64,000 nucleotides of DNA from NCBI GenBank assembly GCA_047967505.1, contig CM106538.1, one strand, 5' to 3'. Each line of letters begins with the position of its first letter. The first letter of the stretch is position 1. Positions 1-13,608 of this stretch are shown one piece after another. The DNA is from Dipteris shenzhenensis. Lineage: Eukaryota. A program made the translations under genes and the position numbers. The notes under the pieces are model-generated. The model was not told the DNA's origin. It was given only the letters and a program-made list of their open reading frames with translations, and searched no databases.

Positions 1-473
1 ACAATTGAGAGTGCATACCCACCTAGCCCACATGGGAGATTCCTTCCCACACACCATGCATGTGGGAGAATGCATTTATCGAGAGAGACCCCCTCTCTTG
101 GCTCTATAAAAGGAGGGGGATATTCCTTGATGTGACACGCTCATTCTTGTAAAGCCACCTAGCTAGTATTTTGATTTTCCCCCATCTTTCCCTTCAAATA
201 AAGCATGACCCTCTTCCCTTGATGTCTCCATCTCTACATTCCGCCTCCCATCATGTACATCCTCTTTGCCCTCTCCCTTGCCCCTTGTGCCACAGTCTCC
301 CTCTGCATTCCCACCCCTCTTAATCCCTTTTTCCAACCCATGTTAACGCTTCTCCCCTCATGTTTCCTTTTCCTCTATGGACCTTGAGCGTCACCATGCC
401 TAGCATCTAGCCTCATGCTTTGATTTCTTTTCTAGTTAATAACACACACACACGTGCGCTTGTGCATACATAT

Positions 474-1717
474 TGTGACATGAAGTTGGGGGTAATAAAC
501 TTCGCGTACCTCTTCACTTCCTACTACTTTTGAACTGAGTGACAAAGATATTTATCATTGAGAAAGGGACATTAAAAAGAAGCTCTTATGCCAAGATACC
601 ACACCATACTTTCCTCCCTTAGATGAGAATGAAGATGCTAACATCCCAAGTGATGTTGTACTCAAGCATAGGGAGAAGGAAAGGATCAGCAGAGGCCATA
701 ATCTCAGCAAGTCGGTCTATGCCAAAGAGAAGAGCGATACATTATTGAAAGAAGATCTTGCGGCTCAACATGACATGAACTAATATATATCAAGGAGTTG
801 GAAGGGGCTGATTGGGTCGGATGGGTAGGTTCCAAGGAAACATTGCACCTCCTTCATAGATACCTTTACAATTAGCTCAAAACACTCTACAAACTGTGAT
901 TAGACACAGAGCCCTATAACTTTCAATAGAGACATGATAACAAAGATTCAAACACACATAGAGATGTGCCTTGAGATGGGCTTCGCGTTCATATATGTTT
1001 TGTAAGAAACAAAGAAGCGATCAGAAAGTTATGGGCAGTTTACTTGACGGGAGTAAAAACTGTCATGAAAACAGACTGTCAGACATACTCATAACTTTTT
1101 GCTGTAGTATCTGATTTAAGGTCTAATCATATAGAAACATGCGCCTTGAAGAGAGCTTCGCGTGATATAAGTTTCATGTCACCATCCATGTCCTTTTTGG
1201 CTACTCTTGCCATGTGTCCCATCAAAAGATGCTCAAGACTCTTAAAATATTGATAAAGTCAAGACTCTCCCCACATGGAGCCCATAGGGACCCTCTCTTT
1301 TCCATATGTCCACATCCTCCTTATTCTACATAAGAATTCTATAAGGATTCCTCTTAACTCCAGACTCCTCCACATGCCTTCCACATGCTTGGCATGTGGC
1401 CTCTCTTATATTATTGGAACACATGGACATGAGCCCATCTCTTTATATGACTCACTCTTCCTATTTTCTAAAAACCCCATAATATCCCATACACAAATAA
1501 CTCTCACCCCATACCAAGGTATTTATAATGAGTTTATAATCCATACCTATGGTATTTACAATGATCCATTCCACTCATCCTCTCAATCCCATACAATATC
1601 TTAGAAAATAGAAATAAGTGAGAGTTGCTAGGCTATCACTTGATACTCAAACTCTTATCAAACTTAGAAGAAAACAATACCAATGCCAAAAAAAAAATAT
1701 TAAAATTTGGCGTCACA
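474..1717 (-). repeat. 3' LTR of the Tat-like Gypsy (1244 bp)
   Basis: Matches 8668-9546; TG...CA termini; followed by TCTTTCCCCCCCCCCC (PPT on minus strand). Confidence 0.92.
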
Positions 1718-4319
1718 TCTTTCCCCCCCCCCCAGCAGATCCTCTCTAATGATAGAGAGGGCCTGTTGTCCCTCAAGGTGGTCGAGCATAGAAGAATTTA
1801 AGGCGATACTCATTATTGCATCCGGGTATCACCATGCCATCAACATCTTCAAGCTGATAGGTTCCATTGTTGACATTCATATACATCCTTATGGAGGTGT
1901 GGCCAAAAGTAACCAATCTCTGCTTTTGTGTTGTGGAGTTAACCCTCGAGAAAACATGCCTTCTTCCACATATTGCTGAACATCTTGTAGTTTTGGGCAT
2001 CCAGTGTCTACCAAAGAAACCACCCCCCGGTCTTGTACTACAATGGCTTGAGTAGCTAACTCATCTGCCCTTTGATTTTCCTTTCTGTTTATATGAACAT
2101 ACTTGCAAAAATCAAACTGACTACATAGTGCCATAGCCTTTTGATTAAGCTCCTTCAAATGAGGACTTATTTCTTATAATGCCCTTTCATTTGCTTTATA
2201 ATAAGCTGAGGATCTCCTCTTTCTTCCAATTCTTTAACTTGGCTTTGAAGACAACCCTCCAAACCAAGAATCAAAGCATTCTACTCAACTGCATTGTTAG
2301 TTGTGATACTTGGAAGCTCTTGCCCACACCTCTTGACCTTCATAATTCATCAAGACTATCCCCTCGGCTCCTTGTTGGTGAAGGACTAAAAGCCCTATCA
2401 AAATACAAGACAAAAGATGTTGGTGGTGTCTCCCTTTCATCATTAATGTCCTCCTTATATTTCTTTTCTTCTCTTAGATCCTGCTGTCCTGTGAGCAAAT
2501 CTGCCATAGTAGACCTAGTGGTATTTTCAGTGACAAAAGAGAAAGAGGACTCTTGAAGCTCTGACAACCATTTTGCAAATCTCCCCCTAGGATTAGGCTT
2601 ACGAACTAGATATGCTAATACAAACTGAGAGGTAAGGAAGAAAAATGGCTAAGGTAATAAATAGGAGCGAAACTTTCTGACTGAAAACACCAAAGAGAGG
2701 GCTTGCTACTCCATTTCTTCATACCTTGTTTCCACCGCTGTAAGCAGTCAGCTGGCATAATAGATGGGTTGCATTCTACCTGCCTCTCCTTTTTGTAGCA
2801 ATGCAGCACCAACTGAATGCAAAGATACACTTGGATATACATAAAAGTCTTGAGACCAATCAAGAGGCTTCAATATCGGGTCCTTACTCATGGCCTCTTA
2901 AAGTTGATGAAAAGACTCTTGTTGGTCCACACCCCATTGGAAAGAAACTCCTTTTCTTGTTAACAAGTTCATGGGATGCACTATCTCTGTGAAATCATCA
3001 CAAAAGTGTTGATAATACTTGCCCTTTCCTAGAATTCTGTGAGCACCAATGACAGTCTCAGGACTTGGCAATGCCATGATTGCTTGAACCTTCTCTGGAT
3101 CAATTTGCAAGCCTTCTTCAGAGGAAATATGCCCCAACAAGACTACTTTTGTTTGAGCCAAATGACACTTGCTAGGATTTAGACACCCTTTTGCATCATC
3201 AATCGTAGCTAAGGCCATCTTTAACTTCTCCATGTCATCCATGAACCGAGAATAAATGCAAAAATCATCCAAAAACACCCTTATGAACTTTCCCAAGTAA
3301 GACTCAAGCACTTACTCATGAACCTTTGAAATGTAGCTGGTGCATTGATCAAGCCAAAAGGCATCACTCTGTAAGCAAAAACTCCCTAGGGTGTGACAAA
3401 TGATGTTTTCTTTTGATCTTTCTCCTGAATACGAATTTGAAAGTACCCAGAATATCCATCACATATAGAATATATCTCATGCCCTGCCACTTGGTCTAGT
3501 ATTTCATCTTGGAATGGCAAAGGAAAATGATCCCTCTTAGTGCATGCATTCAAAGGACGAATTTAGTCCACACAAACCCACCACTTAATTCCTTTCTTTA
3601 GTGTGACAACTACAGGAGATATCCATTTTGAATCATCAACAGGAAAGATGAATCCCGCCTCAAGTAGTTGTGTTGCCTCTTTCTTTAGTGCCTCAACTTG
3701 GATCACCCCCAATTGCCTTAAGTATTGCACAACTGGCTTGCTTTCTGGCTTCAACTCAATCTTGTGCTCCACAAGAGAGACTAGTCGAACCTGTGAATAG
3801 CTTGCAAAGAGACATGGAAACCATTCTAACATATCCAAGTACTGGAGCTTCTTACTACTTGCTGATAGAGAATCACCAAGAAGCTCTTCATTGTGTTGGC
3901 ATCATTTAGTTTGCTCCACATCCTCCACATGAAGTGTCTCTATAGGTTCTTCATGTACCACCACCTTGTTCCCTCCTGACTCATCCCGATCAACACCAAG
4001 ATAAAGACCAAGGGCCACTCCTTCCACCTCACCCTCTGAGCTGGACTCCTCAGAGCTATACCCTATCTCTTCTTCTTCATCAGTTATAAGCCAGAGCTCA
4101 AACACTCTGATGTTGAAGACTCCTCCTTGACAACTTGCTTTTTCTAACTCTCGATGTTGTAGTGCATCTTCTTATCATTTCCTTGCAAATTCAATTCTCT
4201 AGTATCCCACTTTTGAACAGCCTTCAACTTGCATAGCCAAGGCCTTCCCAAAATCAATGGATAGGGACATGCATTTGGATTGGTAGGGATCACCTGAAAA
4301 GTAGTCGGCATAGAAATTC

Positions 4320-6589
4320 TATAAAATCCTGTAGGATAGAATAGATGCATCTTGAAAGAGGTGTGAGAGCACAATGAAACAAAGATGTAGTTCTCTGTTA
4401 TGGATTGTGAGAGAGAGGACTCTCTCTTATAGAAAGGGGGAAAAGGTAATACCTTCCCTACATAAGTGGCAATCAGCCCCTACATCAGTGGGAATCAGTC
4501 CCTACATCAGTGGGACTGGCCTAAATCAAAGGAGCCTTCCATGTGGGGGCCTTTGGCTTACATCATCACTTAGGTCACACACTAGACACATCATAGCACT
4601 TGATGTGCCTTTACAACACACACAAACACACATGTGACTCCCCTAGATGCACACATGCACCATAGAGCAAGCCCTTGATCACACTTATCCCAACATACCC
4701 TCCCTCAAGGGTTTGCCTCTTGCAATGTCAAGATAATAGTTTCTCATGCCATCTCATGGTGGTCAAGGATAAATCTATGGCTAGGATCTCATGCTAGCAA
4801 GGGTTCCCAAGGGTGTGAGGTTCACAGAAATGGGATAGTCAAAACACATATCACATGGTCTACATCATATGGTGACCAGAGGTGATTTACAAAAGAAATA
4901 ACATATGATATTCTTTTTGGAGTACTACTCCAGGCAAAGAACCTCAAAATTCGACCAAGTGATGATAAACAAAAATTCAAAAGACATAGTCTTTATTTTC
5001 AAAGTTTGATTCTTCATTTGCTGATGGAGTTCTTCCTTCAGCCAGATTTGCTTTATTGTTGAAGTAGTCCTTCTTCACAAGAAATGCTTGATTCTCTTTG
5101 TTGTTTTTCATGGAATAATACATTCCCTTTTCCAATTGTAGGTAAAGGAACTTAATAAGCAAGATATATTTGAAGCATTTCCCTTGTGCACCAAATACTG
5201 AGAGAAGATGATCCCGAGCTTCATGTGAAGTTTCAAAGCCATCAATGTGGTGAATGTATGAGCCACTTAATCCCAAAGCAATGATAGCAAGAGCCTTCTT
5301 GTCTTTGATCAACCAATTAGCTTTTTCTTTTGTAGACTTCTTTCCATTCACAACATACCATATCTCCATAAACTTAGCTTTTGTTTGCCAAGTATGGAAA
5401 CTAGTTCCATCAACTTCTCTATTTGCTTGGGCTTAGTCATCTTTATAATTCAAGTACTTATCAAGAGAGAATCACATAGTCATCATTCTAAATGCAAAGT
5501 ATAAGGACACTTATGAGCTCCATGACTAAGTTCTACTTCTCAAGTATAAGCAAAACAATGAAAGTTTGCAGTAAATAATGGAAGCCCCAAACTTATGGTG
5601 ATTACTCAACACCTTTTGACCAAAATATGCAGAATTCTATCACCATAGACCAGAGTAGATTGGAGGGTGCAATTCTCATAGCTCATAGCTCTATTCAAGG
5701 GGATTTTTATGTAGGAAGAAAGGCCTTATACAGGGAAGGTCCTTTATTAAGGAAGAGTGCAATGTTGCGCCAGGTTGCCATAGCCAAGCTTGTGACAAAG
5801 TCGACTGGTTTTTTCGCATTTTCTCCTCCAATTCTTGACCAAACGGGCTCAGATTTCATCAACAGCTTGCATATAGTGTCCTCCAGCTTGGGCTTAGAGG
5901 AATGCGCAAAAGGGTAAGCACAAAGGCAGCATTACGTGATAGATCGGCGAGCAGTCTTCATGTTGGCGTTGCGCGCATGGAGGGAATCTCCCTAATTGCT
6001 TGCAGCTGGAAGGTCGTCCCTACACTAGGAGTCTACAACTTAGACGGTTTGAAGAATAGTTGCTTGTAGGTAGAGAATAGGCTCTCACAAAATTTGGGGA
6101 AGAAAGAGGAAAATGGAGATGATGGAGAAGCTTTGAGAAAACTAGTAGTTTATGCTAGAGAAAGCATCTAATGCTAGGCTAGGATAGATCTAGAACCTAA
6201 AGCTCTGATACCAAGTGTAGAATCCCGTAGGATAGAATAGATGCATCTTGAAAGAGGTGTGAGAGCACAATGAAACAAAGATGTAGTTCTCTATTATGGA
6301 TTGTGAGAGAGAGGACTCTCTTATAGAAAGGGGGAGAAGGTAATACCTTCCCTACATAAGTGGCAATCAGCCCCTACATCAGTGGGAATTAGTCCCTACA
6401 TCAGTGGGACTGGCCTAAATCAAAGGAGCCTCCCATGTGGGGGCCTTTGGCTTACATCATCACTTAGGTCACACACTAGACACATCATAGCACTTGATGT
6501 GCCTTTACAACACACACAAACACACATGTGACTCCCCTAGATGCACACATGCACCATAGAGCAAGCCCTTGATCACACTTATCCCAACA
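4320..6589 (-). mobile_element. Short non-autonomous Ty1/Copia LTR element (2.27 kb, gag remnant only)
   Basis: LTRs 4320-4695 and 6216-6589. Exact TSD AATTC at 4315-4319 and 6590-6594. PBS GCTCTGATACCA (complement of the tRNA-iMet PBS) at ~6202-6213; PPT after 4695. Copia gag-like ORF 4977-5369 (IWYVVNG...DKKALAIIALGLS). No pol. Confidence 0.92.
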
Positions 6590-8667
6590 AATTCCACAAG
6601 CATCCACTTCTAGATTCTTCACAAGGTCTTAACCCTCGTGTTGTCAGCCGTTTTGATGCGATAAGGAGAGTAGTACTAGAGTATTTTAAATCAGCATCTA
6701 TCATAGTCTTCTCACTCATGACATTAATCGATGCACCTCCATCAATGTACACATTAGAAATCACTTGACCATCAATGATCACATCAATACAAGTACATCA
6801 GCACCAACATCTATATCTACCTTTTTAACAACAGGAATGGCACTTTTCTTCTTTTTCTTCTTTGACACTCTTGTGCTTGCTAGCTTTCCCCATTCTTTCC
6901 ATAGTTTTGGAGACAAAGCAAGTAATTGACCAAAGGTGATATGAGCTTCCTTTTCTTTAAGGTCGAAAAACAAGTCATAGCTTCCAATGCCTTGTTCTAA
7001 AGGAAAGTCTGACTGGCTAATTTTCCTTCTAGATGCCCTCTTTTTCTTAATACGGCATTCCTCTTCCTGATGTTTCTCATCTACTTCTTCCTTGCTTTCT
7101 TCTTCTTCTTTTGCTTTACCATGCCCCCATTTAGCCATCATTACCTCTCTTTCCTCATCCCCTGAAGAAGCTTCTAACAAGGATACTTGTTTTTCTTCTT
7201 TCTTTCTCAATCTAGGACACTCAGGGTGATAGTGACCTTTTTCATTACATTCATAGCAAGTGAACCCACTCTTATCTCAAGGCCTATCCTCAATCTTTGG
7301 TGCTCTAGGTTGTCGTGCATTAACCAAATGCAATTTCAAATCAACAAACTCTACCATCAATTGGGAGATATTATGATCTAACTCAGAGGACTTTGGTACC
7401 TGAGGAGTGCCCATTACCTCCACTTTAGAAGTTGAAGCTGTTGAAGACATGAAAAAGGATTCAATCTTTAGAGAAGCCTTGGTCGCAATGAGAAGTACCT
7501 CCACGTATGTTGTTGGATCTTTACTCATTACTTTTGAGCGAAGATGAGGCTCCAAAGCCATAACAAATTTGCTCATCTTGAAGTGCTCCATCCCTACGAG
7601 ACTTTGAGGGGCCGATGACGTAGATGCCACAGCTCGCAAAGCTACCCTTTCATACTTTGTCCATAAAGTTTCATATCAGATTGCCAACGCAAAGACCATC
7701 TCACCCTCTCCTTGATAGAACCGGTCCAACTGCAACATCAAAGCATTTGGTGACTCCACTACCCCAAATCTCTGCTTCATTGCAGCCACCACTTGGTCCC
7801 AGTCCTCCTTGGTAGAGTCCATTGGCAAGGCCTCATGTCAACTCAAGGCTACGCCTTCAAGAAAATTAGGCAAAATCTCTGCCCTATCCTTCATGGACCA
7901 TCCAGAAAGCCAGCATCCTTGAATAAATCCTGAAGATAAGACTCTGGGTCTTCCCCTTGGGTCCCTCGAAACACTGGAATCTTCACAACGATGAAACACA
8001 AAAAGGAAACACCAAGATCCAAATAATATCCCAAACAAGATCCAAACAAGATCCCACAGAGCCTTAGTATACCAAGACCAACATATTATGCATAACCACT
8101 TGTTGAAAACCCTCCACAATGTGATCCTCAACAAAATCTTCAAAATAAGTGACCAACCAACACCATGAAAACATTGTGTATACATGCATTCAAGAATCAC
8201 CCTTATTACAATTGGAAGTACACATAACAACTTCAAGATATTGTACTCTTAATCATTTGCATAGCAAAAGAAGTTGAAAGCATTGAGAATCACCACTCCA
8301 CTATATTAGTCAAAAACTACCAAAAGAATCAACTCTTCTTCACACCAAGCTGCCAGTGCATTAAACAATCCCCAGTCTATCATTGTGCTTGCTGTCGGCA
8401 TTGTTGATTCACCAACATATTCAAGAGTGCAAACATAAAGGATATGATCATGATGACCGTGCAAATAGCTTGAACATCACCTTCACAATCTTCTAGTTCT
8501 CTTAAATATGCTACGATCTCTTCTAACGGAGTTCTTCCAAGCATCTTCTTTATCACATAAGAAAAAATGCCTATAGTAGGCATAACATGCAATCAAGTAC
8601 ACCCGAGACCATTTAGTAAGGTGGGATGAATCCAATACCAAACGTACCCGATCTCTCCACCAAAATA

Positions 8668-9546
8668 TGTGACATGAAGTTGGGGGTAATAAACTTCACA
8701 CACCACTTCACTTCCTACTACTTTTGAACTGAGTGACAAAGATATTTATCATTGAGAAAGGGACATTAAAAAGAAGCTTTTATGCCAAGTTACCACACCA
8801 TACTTTCCTTGCTTAGATGAGAATGAAGATGGTAACATCCCAAGTGATGTTGTACTCAAGCATAGGGAGAAGGAAAGGATCAGTAGAGGCCATAATCTCA
8901 GCAAGCTGGTCTGCGCCAAAGAGAAGAGTGATATATTATTGAAAGAAGATCTTGCAGCTCAACATGACATGAAATGATATATATCGAGGAGTTTGAAGGG
9001 GTTGATTGGGTCGGATGGGTAGGTTCCGAGGAATTATTGCACCTCCTTCATGGATACCTTTACAATTAGCTCAAAACACTCTATAAACTGTGATTAGACA
9101 CAGAGACCTATAACTTTCAATAGAGATATGATATCAAAGATTCAAACACATATAGAGATGCCTTATTCCACATAGGAATTCTATAAGGATTCCTCGACTC
9201 CACACTCCTCCACATGCCTTCCACACCCTTGGCATGTGGCCTCTCTTATATTATTGGAACACATGGACATGAGCCCACCTCTTTATATGACTCACTCTTC
9301 CTATTTTCTAAAAACCCCATAATATCCCATACACAAATAACTCTCACCCCATATCAAGGTGTTTATAATCCATACCTATGGTATTTATAATGATCCATTC
9401 CACTCATCCTCTCAATCCCATACAATATCTTAGAAAATAGAAATAAGTGAGAGCCGCTAGGCTATCACTTGATACTCAAACTCTTATCAAACATAGAAGA
9501 AAACAATTCCAATGCCAAATAAAAAATATCAATTTTTGGTGTCACA
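8668..9546 (-). repeat. 5' LTR of the Tat-like Gypsy (879 bp, ~350-bp internal deletion)
   Basis: Colinear with 474-1717 except that the ~970-1320 segment is missing. Confidence 0.92.
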
Positions 9547-9799
9547 ATACACTCAACACCCTCCACATGCCCATGCATACAAACACATGCACATGCACTT
9601 GTGCACATGCACACACACACTTACACACAATTTGTGAGTTCTACTTGTATTTATGCTACAATAAGAAGGACTCGCAAAGGGAACATGCAGATACAATATC
9701 AAAAGATAACACTATATGACAAGAATGGAGGGTAACATGAATCATGGCCATGCAGACACTCAAAGAATGCTTGTCATAGAGATGCCTAGAAGTGATACT

Positions 9800-12700
9800 T
9801 GACTAGAGGTGGATAGACAAATATACTATGGTTTCGATCTTTCCAGTGAGTTAAAAGTTCTCAATAGCAAACCCAAGGGAAAAAAATATTATGACTCAGC
9901 CTACCACAGTGAACTCCAAAAAGCCAAAACATCAAGCAATAGGAAAGTGTGCCTACATAAGTTGTCCAAAGACTATAAGAGTCATGAGTCTTCAAGTAAT
10001 GCCAGAAAAGGTGGAGCATGGACTCCTTTGTATCCATACATCTATGATAGGTAGCAAGAGCAATGTCTTGATGTGCCAAAGTATGCCATCTTGTAAGAAC
10101 TCCAAGCATCACATATCATACAATAACCCATTGGCAAAGCAAGAGTTTGCAAGCTCGGAGTTGCCACAACCTTTCGTGCCACCACCATGTAGCACGTGTC
10201 ATAGAACAAATGCAAATTGCAGGAGCTAAAAGCCAAGGGGGCAATATTAAGACCTTATACAACTTGGCTATCGTAATATAAGCCAATAGCAATGGGCAGT
10301 AGCTCAGATTATCAAACTAGAGTTCCTAGGCTTTCAGACATATCTTGCACACTTTTGTTGTGGTGAAATCCATTTGTCATTATATTACTAAAAATAGTCC
10401 CAAAGATAGGACATCTAGCTACAAGTATCAGAAGATGTCACACATGACAAAAAGGAAAAATAATATAGATCTGAAGCATGTCGGCAGTCATAGAATGATT
10501 GTCATAGAGATGCCCAAAAGAACTAATACTTAGCAAGGGAGGAGTTCCAAAGTCCCAATGGTTGCATAGAGTCCATAGTGCTCAATAATGAACCCAATAA
10601 AATAGAAGATCACACCACTAAAAACCCAAAATCCAAAATTGATTTGCCAAAGCAAGCACTGGGAAAACAAACTTAAAGTTGTTGCTATAACAAGTGTAAA
10701 AAAATCACAAGACTTTGGCCAATAGTAGAAAAAATGGGGCATAGACTCACCATCAAAAAAACTTTTGTGAAAGAGGGAGTTTTGAAGCCCAAATGTGTTG
10801 CAATCTTTTTTGCCACCATTGAAAGCTACGTGTCATAGTCCAAAAGTGATTGGCATGAAGGGAAACCCAAGGAGGAGACATCAAAACCTTATATAAAGAT
10901 GCAACATGATGTCAACTAATGATAATGCTTGGCAAACATGATCATCTGATTGGAGAACCAAGTCTTTGAGGTGGTCAGCAATCTCAAGACAAGGTACTGC
11001 TGAAAATCATGGAGCATTTATGATAATAAATGCCTTAGGGGCCTATAATTATGTCCCAAAGCATACCATCTAACAATTTTTGGAAAAGAGATCACCATAG
11101 TAGTAGCATCAAGCACATCGTCCACAAGGCAAATTCCTTTGGACTAAAGAAAACAAGAACAGTGAGGTTCTTGCAAAGCCAATGGGGGCATGAACACTTT
11201 TTTTCATCCCCAGATCTTATAGTAGGCTAGGAAGAAACATAAGAAATCCATGTGAATATTGTGATTGGCAAACCATGTGGATACATGATAATAACATGTT
11301 GTACCAAACTTGCTTTCTAGTAGCTGTCTGGATGAATCTAGTGCCAGCCTTGACACTCTCTCGTGGGTTAAAACCCAAACTTTGTGGAGGAATGTCACTA
11401 TCTAAAAAATGGCATGAACCTGGAGAGGTATCATGGTGAACTCTTCCTATCTGATGGGGGACTGAGGGCTTACTCTGAAATTGGTAATACCTTGCCAAAG
11501 TGCCAGAAGATTTGCTGTCTTGATATAACCAATAAATAATATGCTTCATTTCCCCCCCAAATCCCAAAGATGTCATAGCCTATAAGATGAAATCCCATTG
11601 TATGGTATCAAAGGCTTTAGCAATATCTACATGTAATAAGAGAACATCTTGCTCAATGTATTTTGCATATACAATCCCCACATATGCATTGGCAATATTG
11701 TCTGTAATTCTTCTATGGGGAATAAAACCATATTGAGTAGGGTGCAACCCATCATGCAAAGTCCTTTCATACGAGCCACTATCATCTCAGCAACTAGCTT
11801 ATAGATGATAAGAATAAGAGTAATGGGTATCTAATCTACAAATGACTCACATAGATGTTTTTTGGGGAATAGCTTAACCAATGATTTTTTCTAGCTTGTT
11901 GGCACCAGTTGAGTTTCTCACACATGGCTAACTATAGCAATGCAGGTGACTCCATCAAACCATCCCAACTTGGACTCTTCCATTTCCAATGTACTCTGAT
12001 GGCATCTTTCAATTCTCTCTCCACCATGAAAGGGACTTCAAATTGCATAGCTTGTTGTTACGCAGATAGAATTGCATAGCTTGTTGTTGTGGAGATAGAA
12101 TTGGACATACATGGTGAAGCTCCTATGTAGTTGAAATAACAACATGGTGACTTAGCTAACCCAAAAGATTTAGCAAACACATTCCTTAGCAAGTTGTGCT
12201 CTAGAATTGGCCAAGTACCATCTAAATTTATAATTAGGAAAATATTTGCAAGTTGCCTCTTATAATGCAATCCCTTAAAGAAATCCTTTAAGGAGAATGT
12301 GAAAGCCCTTTGCATTGCTATGGCTTTCCATTTTGCCACCTTTGAGTGGTCATTGCATTTAAGGAAGTCAATACCCTAACACAAACAAGCAACCTCATCC
12401 CGAAACAATTCTCAAAGATGGCTGATTTTTGTTAATTGTTAATAGATGCTTTTAGCTTTGGCAACATCCTCCCTGAGATTATGCATAAAATTCTTGCTAC
12501 AGTTATGAATAACATGCTACATATGGTAACAAAAGCTACCCATGCATAATCATCATCTAAGTGAGAATGTGCCCAAAGAGGAGCAATAAAATCCCACACC
12601 ATGTTTTTGTATACAAGGTCATGCTATAAATAACTATTGTTTATCAAGAGCAGCCTTTTATCTGACAATCTTTCCTGTTGGATATCATAAAAAAAATGGA

Positions 12701-13450
12701 TTCAACCAAAGAGGAGCATGATATGAATGGATAATTAACCCACATATTACATGTGAATGCACCATATTGATGTGCATTAAACATATACCAATGATCTATT
12801 TAGAGTCGATATGCGGACTATGCATTATATTGAAAAGTATACCAAGAAAGAAAAGGCCATGTCTCTTTCTAAAGGTCAACAGGACGAAAATGAGAGAATA
12901 GATGAATCCATTGCACTCTCTTAGAGGCAAGAATATGCTTATCACCAGATGTGTAGTTGCTTTGTTGCGGTGCATTATTGAAGTCTCCACAAAGAAAGGG
13001 ATTTTTTGCCTCTAAGGATATTGCAACATATCCCACCAAATCAAAGCTCTATGACATGAAGATTGTGGAGCGTAAAACAATTCAAGTTTCTCTCCTTGAA
13101 CTAGGAATTGCATAATAATCCACTGACCATCCTGGTCATTCAGAGCCACAATTGGTAGAAAGGCATGTTCCACAAGAATAACTACCCCTGAGAAGAAGTT
13201 ATCACAGACATACAATATATCATATCCCACAAAATGCCATGTGTGGCCTGCACAACCATGCTAGTGATGCTCCTACAAGGCCACTATATTAGGCTACAAT
13301 CTCGTGACATAAGTCCATATAGTCTCTCATTTCCCCAAATCACAACCCCTATACATTATATGTCCAATATAATATTTTTGGCAACATATTTACAAATTTA
13401 CAAGTATGTACATACTATAGCACCCCAATGGTAATCAGAGACTACATGTC
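9800..13450 (-). mobile_element. Heavily decayed LINE (endonuclease, RT and zf-RVT remnants); limits approximate
   Basis: Minus-strand remnants: endonuclease-like DGQWIIMQF...YAP (13012-13230), RT motif LLHVDIAKAFDTIQWDF (~11590-11645), C-terminal CMDTKESMLHLFW (9861-10112). Many stops and frameshifts. Confidence 0.8.
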
Positions 13451-13608
13451 CACCTCAACATCCAAAGCATGATCCTGAAGGCCAAATAGTAAGAGGGAAA
13501 CCTCATCCCAACAATAACTATGACTCGCAGTGACTGCAGCCTAGGTAATACCCATACTAGAGATATCAAATCTAGGGTGTAGAGGATGCACCCGTCCATG
13601 TATAAGGA

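Larger units (their letters stand above)
474..9546 (-). mobile_element. Decayed Ty3/Gypsy LTR retrotransposon, Tat-like (extra RNase H), interrupted by a Copia at 4320-6589
   Basis: Paired LTRs TGTGACA...GTCACA at 474-1717 and 8668-9546. Minus-strand PPT next to 1718 and PBS-like TGGTGGAGAG just inside 8668. Fragments of gag (~6800-7950), protease (YIDGGASINVM 6579-6782; ILGRPWL 4144-4374), RT (KWISPVVVT 3563-3838; FLDDFCIYS 2898-3311), RH (~2600-2890), second RNase H (YFD..., TNNAVE, NRKENQRADELA ~1890-2420) and an integrase C-terminal remnant (NGTYQLEDVDG). Flanks ATAT/ATAC are at best an imperfect 4-bp TSD. Confidence 0.9.

Noticed and set aside
1-470. TATA-containing stretch at the window start as an LTR or promoter
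   Set aside because: No partner repeat or downstream gene in the window to support it.
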